From assembly GCA_037446395.1 (NCBI GenBank), contig JBBIIP010000012.1, positions 9,633-73,632 of the forward strand: 64,000 nucleotides of DNA. The letters are read 5' to 3'. The notes beneath the pieces were generated by a model. That model saw only the letters and a list, made by a program, of their open reading frames with translations. It was not told the DNA's origin and did no database searches. Numbering within the stretch: position 1 is the first letter of the stretch; each line of letters starts with the position of its first letter. A program made the position numbers and the translations under genes. This DNA comes from Lentimicrobiaceae bacterium. Lineage in GTDB: Bacteria > Bacteroidota > Bacteroidia > Bacteroidales > JAAYJT01. Below, one piece after another: positions 39,173 through 47,605 of the stretch.

Positions 39173-39908
39173 TATTGTAGTTCAAGATATCGTTTAGGCC
39201 AATCAGTGTTAAATTTGGGAGTGCAAAGATGCTATTTTTTAATCTTTTATGCAAAAAAATGGCGTCTCCGCCCCCTAAAATAGTTTTCAGTTCCGGATGA
39301 TTTTGGCGATAGCGATCAATCATGCCGTCAATCTCTGAGGCCGTTCCATTGATAACGCCGCTCAGGATTGATTCTTGTGTTGTGCGCCCGGTCAAAAAAT
39401 TAATTTCTCTGCCACGAATCAATGGAAGGTGGCCGGTATGCAGATGAAGGGCTTTAAATCTTAGCGCAATGCCCGGGCTGATTGAGCCGCCCAAATATTC
39501 GCTTTTTTGGTTTAGAAAATCTATGGTAATGGCTGTTCCGGCATTTATAATCAATATATTTTGACCCGGAAATAAATTCCATCCTGCAACGGCAGCAGCA
39601 ATCCTGTCTTTGCCCAATGTTTGCGGCGTTGTATAGCGGTTTTTAATAGGCAGTGTTGTGTTGGTACTGAGGAAAAGTGTGCTAAAGTGGCTTTTTAGGG
39701 TGGCTTCGAGCGAGGAAGGATAGTCAATCACACTGGAAATGATACAAGGATGGCCCTGGGGTAATGATTTCAAGTATTTTTCAACATTCCGGAATCCTGC
39801 CTCTTTGAATAACTTTATCGAAATCAAGCTCTCGCCCTGAAAAACAGCAATCTTCTTGAATGTGTTTCCAAAGTCAATGACTATATGTTTTTCAGATAAC
39901 CCTGTCAT
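39150..39908 (-). CDS. coaX: Type III pantothenate kinase
   Basis: 252 aa. Motifs VIDFGNT, LGKDRIAAAVAG and INAGTAITID. Confidence 0.92.
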   Translation of the reverse strand: MTGLSEKHIVIDFGNTFKKIAVFQGESLISIKLFKEAGFRNVEKYLKSLPQGHPCIISSVIDYPSSLEATLKSHFSTLFLSTNTTLPIKNRYTTPQTLGKDRIAAAVAGWNLFPGQNILIINAGTAITIDFLNQKSEYLGGSISPGIALRFKALHLHTGHLPLIRGREINFLTGRTTQESILSGVINGTASEIDGMIDRYRQNHPELKTILGGGDAIFLHKRLKNSIFALPNLTLIGLNDILNYNIENSNIF

Positions 39909-39929
39909 AATCAGTATTGATTAGGGCTG

Positions 39930-39937
39930 CAAAGTTA
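39930..39937 (-). promoter_or_regulatory. Putative -7 box (TAnnTTTG) for coaX and the downstream array
   Basis: Minus-strand TAACTTTG, ending 21 nt upstream of the ATG at 39908. Confidence 0.35.
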
Positions 39938-40021
39938 CATGAACATATGCCTTTTGCGATGTCTGAACAGGATCGTCTTGAAGAAAACGCATAAAATATT
40001 TTATGTCTGGTAAAAAGTTAT

Positions 40022-40029
40022 TACTTTTG
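40022..40029 (+). promoter_or_regulatory. Putative -7 box (TAnnTTTG) for tRNA-Phe
   Basis: TACTTTTG, ending 14 nt before the mature tRNA 5' end. Confidence 0.45.
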
Positions 40030-40043
40030 CAGCCGATTCAGAG

Positions 40044-40116
<73 letters not shown>

Positions 40117-40125
40117 CGCTAAAAG

Positions 40126-40150
40126 AAGCCCCGTTTATGCGGGGTTTTTT
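40126..40150. terminator. Bidirectional intrinsic terminator shared by tRNA-Phe (+) and lspA (-)
   Basis: Stem (AAG)CCCCG / CGGGG(TTT) with loop TTTATG, followed by TTTTTT on the plus strand. On the minus strand the hairpin is followed by CTTCTTTT. It overlaps the lspA stop codon. Confidence 0.8.
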
Positions 40151-40841
40151 ATTCTGCGGCTTCCTGTTTTTCTTCGTTTCCATCTGATGATTGATTGATA
40201 ATGACTTCGTTGGTGGACGTATTATCAATGTAATCTGCAGGGGTTTTATGATGAAAGAATTTCTTTTGAAAAACCAGAAGTATCATCACTCCAGTAGTAA
40301 TTGATGCATCTGCCACATTGAAAACTGGCCTGAAAAAGATAAACTCTTGCCCGCCCCACCAGGGAAACCATGCCGGATACTGGCTCTTGATAATGGGAAA
40401 ATAGAACATATCTACAACCATTCCATGCATCAGCGGGGCATACCCTCTTTCGGCAGGCAAAAATTCAGCAATTTTAAAAAAAGTACTCTCGCTGAAAAGG
40501 CGACCATAAAAAATACTGTCAATGATGTTTCCGACTGCTCCGGCAAAAATCAGCGATATGCTAAAAATGAGAAGGGTATGTGCTTTTCGCTTGTTTAGAT
40601 GATAAATGTAAGCAGCAATTAAGGTTGCTGCTACAATTCTGAAAATTGTCAGAAATAATTTTCCCTTTTCGCCAGCGAACTCGAATCCAAAGGCCATTCC
40701 ATTATTTTCTGTGAAGTGAATAATAAACCAATCTCCAAGAATCCTGAATTCCTGGCCCAGGCTCATGTTGGTTTTAATCCAAAATTTCAATGCCTGATCA
40801 ATTACCAGAACACCGAGAATCAGAAAGATTGATTTTTTCAA
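40149..40841 (-). CDS. lspA: Lipoprotein signal peptidase II
   Basis: 230 aa with an apparent TTG start. Motifs VIDQALK, NNGMAFG and FNVAD. It has a hydrophilic/acidic C-terminal tail of about 40 aa beyond the conserved core. Confidence 0.88.
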   Translation of the reverse strand: MKKSIFLILGVLVIDQALKFWIKTNMSLGQEFRILGDWFIIHFTENNGMAFGFEFAGEKGKLFLTIFRIVAATLIAAYIYHLNKRKAHTLLIFSISLIFAGAVGNIIDSIFYGRLFSESTFFKIAEFLPAERGYAPLMHGMVVDMFYFPIIKSQYPAWFPWWGGQEFIFFRPVFNVADASITTGVMILLVFQKKFFHHKTPADYIDNTSTNEVIINQSSDGNEEKQEAAE

Positions 40842-40949
40842 TATGAAAGTGTCTTTTGTTATATGGAATGGATGTCTTTCAGGCCAGAAGTTGAAAGATT
40901 AGATTTCGCCCACTGATTTGCTGATTCACCCTATGTAGGGGCTGATATA

Positions 40950-41348
40950 TTACCGGCCGGTTGATTGATTTAACTTAGCCTCGATGCTGAGTGTTGCATG
41001 CGGTACACTGCGAAGGCGCTCTTTTGAGATGAGCTTGCCTGTGGCCCTGCACACGCCGTAGGTTTTATTTTCGATCCGTATCAGGGCAGCTTCGAGCGAT
41101 TTGATGAATTTATCCTGCCTTGCAGCTAATCGGCTGTTTTCTTCTTTCGATAGCACCTGATATCCTTCTTCAAGCACTTTAAAAGTGGGCGAAGTGTCGT
41201 TGGTGTCGTGTTCGTTACTGAAAGCATATGCCTCGGTGAGCATTTTCAGGTCGCGCCTGGCTTTCTCAAGTTTTTTGAAAATTATTTCTTTGAATTCTAA
41301 TAGCTCTTCGTCTGAGTAACGAGTTTTGATTTTTTCAACGTCCTGCAT
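40950..41348 (-). CDS. TraR/DksA-family regulator
   Basis: Coiled-coil N-terminus and C-terminal YGVCRATGKLISKERLRSVPHATLSIEAK. ATG at 41348 (MQDVEK) is preferred over 41384, which overlaps ileS. Only one Cys sits in the zinc-finger region. Confidence 0.8.
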   Translation of the reverse strand: MQDVEKIKTRYSDEELLEFKEIIFKKLEKARRDLKMLTEAYAFSNEHDTNDTSPTFKVLEEGYQVLSKEENSRLAARQDKFIKSLEAALIRIENKTYGVCRATGKLISKERLRSVPHATLSIEAKLNQSTGR

Positions 41349-41367
41349 GATTCTTTCTCCTTTTTGG

Positions 41368-44300
41368 TTAGTTCTGTGCTCCATTTACCCTGCGTAGTGC
41401 AATGAAAATAGCAATGTCGTCTGCCAGCTCAACAAATGATTTTTCGTTTTCTGGCAGATCTTCTGATAGTTCCAAATTTTCCGCAAGGGTTTCCGAACAA
41501 ATATATGAAATATTATTATTAACGGCTTCGATTATGCTATTCTTTTTTTCGATTAGCAATTTTATTTTGTCGGTTACTTCGAAACCACTATCTTTTCTCA
41601 GGTTTTGAATACGGTTGATGAGTTCGCGGGCAATTCCTTCCTGCCTCAATTCTTCATTGATAGAAATATCCAAAGCCACTGTAAGGCTGCCCATGTTGGC
41701 AACTACCAGGCCGGGTATGTTTTCTGTAATGATCTCAACGTCCTGATGGGTAAGCTCAATGCTATGGTTATCAAGATTCAGTAAAAAGGTTTCTTTGCCG
41801 TCAACGGCATTGATTTCTTGCTGGCTGAAGTTGCTGATGGCTCCGGCAATATTGCCCATCAATTTTCCAAATCGCGGCCCAAGTGTTTTATAATTGGGCT
41901 TTATTTTTTTTACGAGCAGGTTATTGTTTTCTTCCAGAAACTCGATTTCTTTCACGTTCACCTCTGAAAGGATCAGGTTTTTAACGTAACCAACCTGGTT
42001 TCTAAAGTTTTCGCCAATGGAAGGAATCAAGATGCGCGCCAATGGCTGTCTTACTCTTATGCCTGAGCGTTTACGCAAGGAGAGCACCATCGAAGAAATA
42101 TTCTGCGCAAGCTTCATTCTTTCTTCTAGTTCCTTGTTGATAAATGTAGGATCGGACTCAGGGAAATCGGCCAAATGAACTGAGCCGGCAGATGACTTTT
42201 TAGTTACATGGTTCAGGTCCAGAAAGAGCCTGTCCATGAAGAATGGGGCAATGGGTGCGGCCAATCTGGCAATCGTTTCGAGGCAGCGATACAAGGTTTG
42301 ATATGCAGAGATTTTATCCTGGGTATATTCTCCTTTCCAGAAACGGCGGCGTGACAGGCGAACATACCAGTTGCTCAGGTGTGCATCTACAAATTCCTGA
42401 ATGGCCCGCCCGGCTTTTGTTGGTTCATAATCGCCGAAATATTCATCAACAAGGGATATGAGTGTGTTGAGTTCGGATAAAATCCAGCGATCAATCTCAG
42501 GCCTCCGATCTGCGGGGATTTCCTCTTCTTTAAAGGAGAAGCCGTCAATATTGGCGTAGAGTGCAAAAAAGTTGTAGGTATTATAAAGTGTTCCGAAGAA
42601 TTTTCGTTGCACTTCGGCAATCCCCTCCAAATCAAATTTCAGGTTGTCCCATGGTTGCGAATTGGTAATCATGTACCATCGGGTGGCATCGGGTCCGTAT
42701 TTTTCAATTGTTTCGTATGGATCAATGGTGTTGCCAAGGCGCTTCGACATTTTATTACCCATTTTATCGAGCACCAGTCCATTTGAAACCACCGTCCTGA
42801 ACGAAACATCGTTGAAAACCATGGTGGCAATGGCATGCAATGTGAAGAACCATCCGCGTGTTTGATCTACACCTTCGGCAATGAAATCGGCCGGAAAATA
42901 TTGGCTAAGCTCCGCTTCTCTTTCGAACGGGTAGTGAAACTGTGCATAGGGCATGGCTCCCGAATCGAACCAAACATCAATCAAGTTGGGATCGCGAAAC
43001 ATTTTTTGTCCACTTGGCGAAACGAGGATTATTTCATCAACATAGGGACGATGCAGATCGAAGGTGGTATAATTTTCGGCCGACTGATCATCGGGATTGA
43101 ATTTTTCGAGTGGGTTGGAGGCCATGAACCCTGCCGCCACAGCTTTTTCGATTTCTTCTTTAAGTTGTCTTACCGAGCCTATACAAATTTGTTCTGCTTC
43201 GTCCGGGCTGGTCCAAACCGGCAAGGGTGTTCCCCAGAAACGAGAACGGGAAAGATTCCAATCAACAAGATTTTCGAGCCAGTTACCAAATCTTCCGGTG
43301 CCTGTTGATTCGGGCTTCCAGTTGATTGTTTTGTTGAGTTCGATCATCCGGTCTCTGTAGGCGGTGGTTTTAATAAACCAGGAATCGAGCGGGTAATAAA
43401 GTATTGGTTTATCGGTGCGCCAACAGTGAGGATAAGAGTGCTGATATTTTTCGGCTTTGAATGCGCGGTTTTCTTTTTTTAGTTTAACGATGATGTCAAT
43501 ATCAACATTATCGTCCTTTGCCGGGTCAAAATTGGGGTCATATTCTGATTTCACATACCTGCCCGCAAACTCGCCCATTTCATCAATAAACCTTCCTTGT
43601 TTATCAACCATGGTGAGCGATCCCAGTCCATATTGTTTTCCGGTTCGGAAGTCGTCGGCGCCAAAGCTTGGAGCAATATGCACAACGCCTGTACCGTCTT
43701 CGGTAGTAACAAAATCGCCTGATACAATGACAAATGCATCTCCGCTTTCGGGCTGGGCATAAGGCAGGAGTTGTTCGTAGCGGATGCTTTCGAGGGCGAT
43801 TCCTTTAAATTCAGAAACGATTTCGTAGGGAATATTCTTCTGGCCTGGTTCGTAATCTTTCAAAGGGAGCCCTGCATTTTTCTCAGGAAAAAATCTTTCA
43901 AAGAGATTTTTTGCCAGGATAACCGAAATTGGCAGGTATGTATATGGGTTATAGGTGTTAACCTGCACATAATCAATATTTTTGCCAATGGCCAGGGCTG
44001 TGTTCGATGGCAAAGTCCATGGGGTGGTTGTCCATGCCAGAACAAAAGCTTCCCCAACAGCGTTTTTAAACAAGAATTCGCTTTGTGGGTTGCGATGTAT
44101 TTTAAATTGTGCGGTTACGGTATTGTCTTTCACATCTCGATAGCAACCCGGTTGGTTGAGTTCGTGGGTGCTAAGTCCGGTTCCTGCGGCAGGGGAATAC
44201 GGTTGGATAGAATATCCTTTATAGAGCAGCCCTTTTTCGTAGAGTTTTGAAAGCAAATACCAAACGGATTCAATGTACTTATTGTCAAAAGTAATATATG

Positions 44301-44745
44301 GATCGCCCAAGTCAACCCAATAACCGATTTTGCGGGTGAGGTCGTCCCAAAGGTCTTTGTATTTCATTACTTCTTTGCGGCATAGTTCGTTGTATTGGGC
44401 AACAGAAATACTTTTGCCGATATCATCTTTGGTAATGTTGAGGGTTTTCTCAACCGCCATTTCGATAGGAAGCCCATGGGTATCCCATCCTGCCTTGCGG
44501 GCCACGTAAAAGCCTTTTTGTGTTTTATAGCGACAAAAGATGTCTTTTATGGCACGGGCCATTACATGGTGTATGCCAGGAATGCCATTGGCAGATGGGG
44601 GGCCTTCATAAAACACAAAAGGGGAATTACCGTTGCGAATGGCAAGGCTTTGCTGAAAAATGCCATATTCGTCCCAATATTTCAGGATGTCTTTCCCGAT
44701 GTCGGTCAAGTTTAGCTGCTTGTATTCTTTATACTTGCGTTTCAT
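41368..44745 (-). CDS. ileS: Isoleucine--tRNA ligase (type 2, long form)
   Basis: About 1125 aa. PSANGIPGIHHV (HIGH region), KMSKR, and a CP1 editing domain. ATG at 44745 (MKRKYKEYK) is preferred over the TTG at 44751. Confidence 0.95.
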   Translation of the reverse strand: MKRKYKEYKQLNLTDIGKDILKYWDEYGIFQQSLAIRNGNSPFVFYEGPPSANGIPGIHHVMARAIKDIFCRYKTQKGFYVARKAGWDTHGLPIEMAVEKTLNITKDDIGKSISVAQYNELCRKEVMKYKDLWDDLTRKIGYWVDLGDPYITFDNKYIESVWYLLSKLYEKGLLYKGYSIQPYSPAAGTGLSTHELNQPGCYRDVKDNTVTAQFKIHRNPQSEFLFKNAVGEAFVLAWTTTPWTLPSNTALAIGKNIDYVQVNTYNPYTYLPISVILAKNLFERFFPEKNAGLPLKDYEPGQKNIPYEIVSEFKGIALESIRYEQLLPYAQPESGDAFVIVSGDFVTTEDGTGVVHIAPSFGADDFRTGKQYGLGSLTMVDKQGRFIDEMGEFAGRYVKSEYDPNFDPAKDDNVDIDIIVKLKKENRAFKAEKYQHSYPHCWRTDKPILYYPLDSWFIKTTAYRDRMIELNKTINWKPESTGTGRFGNWLENLVDWNLSRSRFWGTPLPVWTSPDEAEQICIGSVRQLKEEIEKAVAAGFMASNPLEKFNPDDQSAENYTTFDLHRPYVDEIILVSPSGQKMFRDPNLIDVWFDSGAMPYAQFHYPFEREAELSQYFPADFIAEGVDQTRGWFFTLHAIATMVFNDVSFRTVVSNGLVLDKMGNKMSKRLGNTIDPYETIEKYGPDATRWYMITNSQPWDNLKFDLEGIAEVQRKFFGTLYNTYNFFALYANIDGFSFKEEEIPADRRPEIDRWILSELNTLISLVDEYFGDYEPTKAGRAIQEFVDAHLSNWYVRLSRRRFWKGEYTQDKISAYQTLYRCLETIARLAAPIAPFFMDRLFLDLNHVTKKSSAGSVHLADFPESDPTFINKELEERMKLAQNISSMVLSLRKRSGIRVRQPLARILIPSIGENFRNQVGYVKNLILSEVNVKEIEFLEENNNLLVKKIKPNYKTLGPRFGKLMGNIAGAISNFSQQEINAVDGKETFLLNLDNHSIELTHQDVEIITENIPGLVVANMGSLTVALDISINEELRQEGIARELINRIQNLRKDSGFEVTDKIKLLIEKKNSIIEAVNNNISYICSETLAENLELSEDLPENEKSFVELADDIAIFIALRRVNGAQN

Positions 44746-44786
44746 CAGCAATCGTGGGTTTTCGCCCGGTTTTTTGAAATAGCCCG

Positions 44787-44794
44787 CAAAATTA
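44787..44794 (-). promoter_or_regulatory. Putative -7 box (TAnnTTTG) for ileS-dksA-lspA
   Basis: Minus-strand TAATTTTG, ending 41 nt upstream of the ATG, with a TTTG about 12 nt further upstream as a possible -33 element. Confidence 0.4.
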
Positions 44795-45051
44795 GGAAAA
44801 TTTTGACAAATAAACAGTTACAGCATACCGTGAAATTTGTAATCCGAGAATTAGCGCCTTAAAATCTTGTCCTCTGCCTCGATGAATGGTGCAAAGCAAG
44901 AATTTTTTGAATGAACTTTGTATTAGCAATAGATTAAAGCACGACAGACAATGCTGTCTGGTTAATATTAATGGGCAATATATAACAATAACTCGCCGGC
45001 TTTAATTATGTGTTCACCGATTTATAATGACCCCACATTTGGATAGTGGCT

Positions 45052-45059
45052 TACATTTG
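45052..45059 (+). promoter_or_regulatory. Putative -7 box (TAnnTTTG) for the liaF-like/kinase/regulator operon
   Basis: TACATTTG, ending 25 nt upstream of the ATG at 45085. It lies inside the longer track ORF (start 45046), which argues for the 45085 start. Confidence 0.4.
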
Positions 45060-45084
45060 CCACATTAATTTTAAATCAATTAAA

Positions 45085-45798
45085 ATGGAAAATCAAGAAA
45101 TTAAGAAAAGTTGTTCGGCTCCCTCTCAGACCGCACTCTTTGGAATTTTAGTGCTGACAGTAGGAGTAGTTCTGCTATTGAAGAACTTAAGGTTAATAAA
45201 TTCCGAAACCAGCCGCATTATTTTTTCGTGGCCGATGCTACTTATTGCTGTGGGGGTTATAAACCTTATCCATAAATCGAAAATATGGGGCATCGTGCTG
45301 ATTGCCATAGGCGCCTTCTTTCTACTAACACGCTACTTAGGCTATCCGGCCAGTATCGGGCAGGTTTTTTGGCCAACACTGATTATTTTTGCAGGTGTAA
45401 TGCTGATAATCAGTGCCAGTGGTTTCTGGAAGCGTTATCAAATTAACAAGGTGAACGCAAACGATGATGTGCTGGAGGATGTTGCTATTTTTGGGGGAAG
45501 CGACAAAGTAGTGCATTCGAACTCCTTCAAAGGCGGTGAAGTGGTCGCTGTGTTTGGTGGCTCTAAAGTTAATCTGCTGAATGCAACCCTTGCTCCCGGC
45601 TATAATGTTCTTGAAACAGTAGCTGTTTTTGGAGGCGCCACATTCATCATTCCTTCCGATTGGAATATTAAACTGGAGGTTGTTAATATTTTCGGTGGGT
45701 TTTCCGACAAGAGGCAAATAACCCAGGTTGATGCCACCAAGACCCTTATAATCAAAGGCGTGGCTATCTTTGGCGGGGGTGAAATAAAAAGCTTTTAG
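45085..45798 (+). CDS. LiaF-like membrane protein (LiaI/LiaF TM region + C-terminal FGG-repeat domain)
   Basis: About 237 aa with 4 TM helices. Five repeats follow: VAIFGGS, VAVFGGS, VAVFGGA, VNIFGGF and VAIFGGG. This is typical of the cell-wall-active-antibiotic response protein LiaF/YvqF C-terminal domain. Confidence 0.65.
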   Translation: MENQEIKKSCSAPSQTALFGILVLTVGVVLLLKNLRLINSETSRIIFSWPMLLIAVGVINLIHKSKIWGIVLIAIGAFFLLTRYLGYPASIGQVFWPTLIIFAGVMLIISASGFWKRYQINKVNANDDVLEDVAIFGGSDKVVHSNSFKGGEVVAVFGGSKVNLLNATLAPGYNVLETVAVFGGATFIIPSDWNIKLEVVNIFGGFSDKRQITQVDATKTLIIKGVAIFGGGEIKSF

Positions 45799-45812
45799 CA
45801 AATGTTATCACA

Positions 45813-46859
45813 ATGCTCGAACGATTCCTGAAAAATAATTTTTATGTGATGTATCTGTTGATGTGGATAGCGGTTGCTGCTGTCCACTTTTACCTTTTGT
45901 GGGCTGGCTGGAATATTGACCCCGGCTATGCCATTATTGATAGTTTGGTTTTCAATATGCTTTTTGCTTTGCTTGGTGCGGGATTATGGTCTTGGGTCCG
46001 CTATGCAGATTTGCAGAAAAGAAATTTTCTGCAAATCTTTATGAACCATCTCACCGGCTGTGCAATAACCGTTATTGTCTGGATTATCTTGAGCTATACT
46101 CTTGTTGGGTGGATGGTTCCGGATGATCTCTCCTATAATGAGTTTCTCGACAAATCAATGATGGTTCGGGCGATTAGTGGGGTATTATATTATTTGCTGC
46201 TCACTGCCGTATTTTATCTGCATACAAGTTATCGCGAATTGTTTGAAAAAAATCAGCGCGAAACCAAGTTGATCACAATGTTGCGCGAAGCTGAACTGAA
46301 TATGCTGAGATCGCAAATAAAACCTCATTTTCTCTTTAATAGCTTGAATTCAATCAACTCACTGATTCTCAATAATCCAGCCCACGCACAGGAAATGGTG
46401 ATTAAACTGTCGGAGTTCATTCGTTACTCGCTGAGCAATCAGGATGAATCAATGATTACGCTTGAAAAAGAATTGTATCACATGGCGCTATACCTTGAAA
46501 TTGAAAGGGTACGTTTTTCCGACCGCTTGCTGATCGAAAAATCAATTGATGAAGCCTGCCTGGAACGAAAACTTCCGGCCATGATACTTCAGCCTTTGCT
46601 CGAAAACGCAGTGAAGTATGGTGTGTATGAATCCACAGGCAAAGTTGACATTGCTATTCAAGCGCGGTTAGAAAATAATTTCCTGGTTGTAGATGTGTCG
46701 AACAGTTTCGAAGGCACCGATCCTACCCGCAAAGGCACCGGAACCGGATTAAAAAATATTTCTAAACGGTTGCTGGCAATTTATGGCCGATCCGATTTGG
46801 TGAAAATACGGAATGAAAACAATACTTTTAATGTTGAGCTGCAAATACCATTATCATGA
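45813..46859 (+). CDS. LytS/YehU-type sensor histidine kinase, intramembrane-sensing architecture
   Basis: 348 aa with about 5 TM helices and no sizeable extracytoplasmic loop. His_kinase motif LRSQIKPHFLFNSLNSI. HATPase motifs LLENAVKYG and GTGTGLKNI. Confidence 0.9.
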   Translation: MLERFLKNNFYVMYLLMWIAVAAVHFYLLWAGWNIDPGYAIIDSLVFNMLFALLGAGLWSWVRYADLQKRNFLQIFMNHLTGCAITVIVWIILSYTLVGWMVPDDLSYNEFLDKSMMVRAISGVLYYLLLTAVFYLHTSYRELFEKNQRETKLITMLREAELNMLRSQIKPHFLFNSLNSINSLILNNPAHAQEMVIKLSEFIRYSLSNQDESMITLEKELYHMALYLEIERVRFSDRLLIEKSIDEACLERKLPAMILQPLLENAVKYGVYESTGKVDIAIQARLENNFLVVDVSNSFEGTDPTRKGTGTGLKNISKRLLAIYGRSDLVKIRNENNTFNVELQIPLS

Positions 46860-47605
46860 AACCCATTCGGTGTGTAACAGTAGATGACGAACCCCTTGCA
46901 CGCGAACTTTTGCGAAATTATCTTACGAAAATTTCTGATATTGAATTAATTGCAGAATGCGCGAATGGGTTCGAAGCGTTGAAGTCTATTCAGGAACTTG
47001 ATCCGGATTTGGTTTTTCTTGATATTCAGATGCCTAAAATTGATGGTTTTGAGCTTCTCGAAGTACTTGATTATAAACCACACATTATATTTATAACTGC
47101 TTTTGATCAATATGCCATCAGGGCTTTCGAGATGAATGCAGTTGATTATCTGCTCAAGCCTTTTGCGAAAGAGCGGTTGATTCAGGCCATTGATAAAGCG
47201 CGCCAGAGGATAAATTCAAAAACTACTGATCAACCCAATGCAATGGAAGACCTGAAAAAACACCTCGACAACCAGGAAAAGGAGATTGATCGTGTGGTGG
47301 TTCGGCAGGGTGCAAAGATCATCATCATTCCGGTGGCGAAGATTTTTTACCTGGAAGCTCAGGATGATTATGTGATGATTTATTCGGAGCTGGGCCGGCA
47401 TCTTAAAGAGAAAACCATGAAATATTTTGAGTCAGCCTTACCCAAAAACAGCTTTATCCGGGTCCATCGCAGCCATCTTATTAGTCTTTCACATATTGCC
47501 TCGGTGGAACTATATGAAAAGAACACGCACCTTGTGGTGATGAAGAACGGAGATAAACTGCGGGCGAGCCAAGACGGTTATAAGAGATTAAGGGAATTGT
47601 TTTGA
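46856..47605 (+). CDS. LytTR-family DNA-binding response regulator
   Basis: 249 aa. Receiver motifs VDDEPLARE and FLDIQMPKIDG, plus LytTR motif VHRSHLISLSHI. ATGA overlap with the kinase gene. Confidence 0.93.
   Translation: MKPIRCVTVDDEPLARELLRNYLTKISDIELIAECANGFEALKSIQELDPDLVFLDIQMPKIDGFELLEVLDYKPHIIFITAFDQYAIRAFEMNAVDYLLKPFAKERLIQAIDKARQRINSKTTDQPNAMEDLKKHLDNQEKEIDRVVVRQGAKIIIIPVAKIFYLEAQDDYVMIYSELGRHLKEKTMKYFESALPKNSFIRVHRSHLISLSHIASVELYEKNTHLVVMKNGDKLRASQDGYKRLRELF

Noticed and set aside
38750-39283. 177-aa plus-strand ORF spanning the OMP/coaX junction.
   Set aside because: It is opposite two confidently called minus-strand genes and has no motif. Shadow ORF.
42835-44250. Two plus-strand ORFs of 157-159 aa inside ileS.
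   Set aside because: Long antisense frames are common opposite very long genes. There are no motifs, and ileS is unambiguous.
44746-45045. Possible T-box or attenuator leader upstream of ileS in the 300-nt spacer.
   Set aside because: The -7 box lies about 41 nt from the ATG. The rest of the spacer has only small hairpins (CAGACA-ATGC-TGTCTG; GTGGC...GCCAC), with no specifier or antiterminator architecture. T-boxes are also not expected in Bacteroidota.
45337-45801. 154-aa minus-strand ORF opposite the LiaF-like gene.
   Set aside because: The plus-strand frame has coherent TM helices and the FGG repeat architecture, and a promoter box fits it. The antisense frame has no features.
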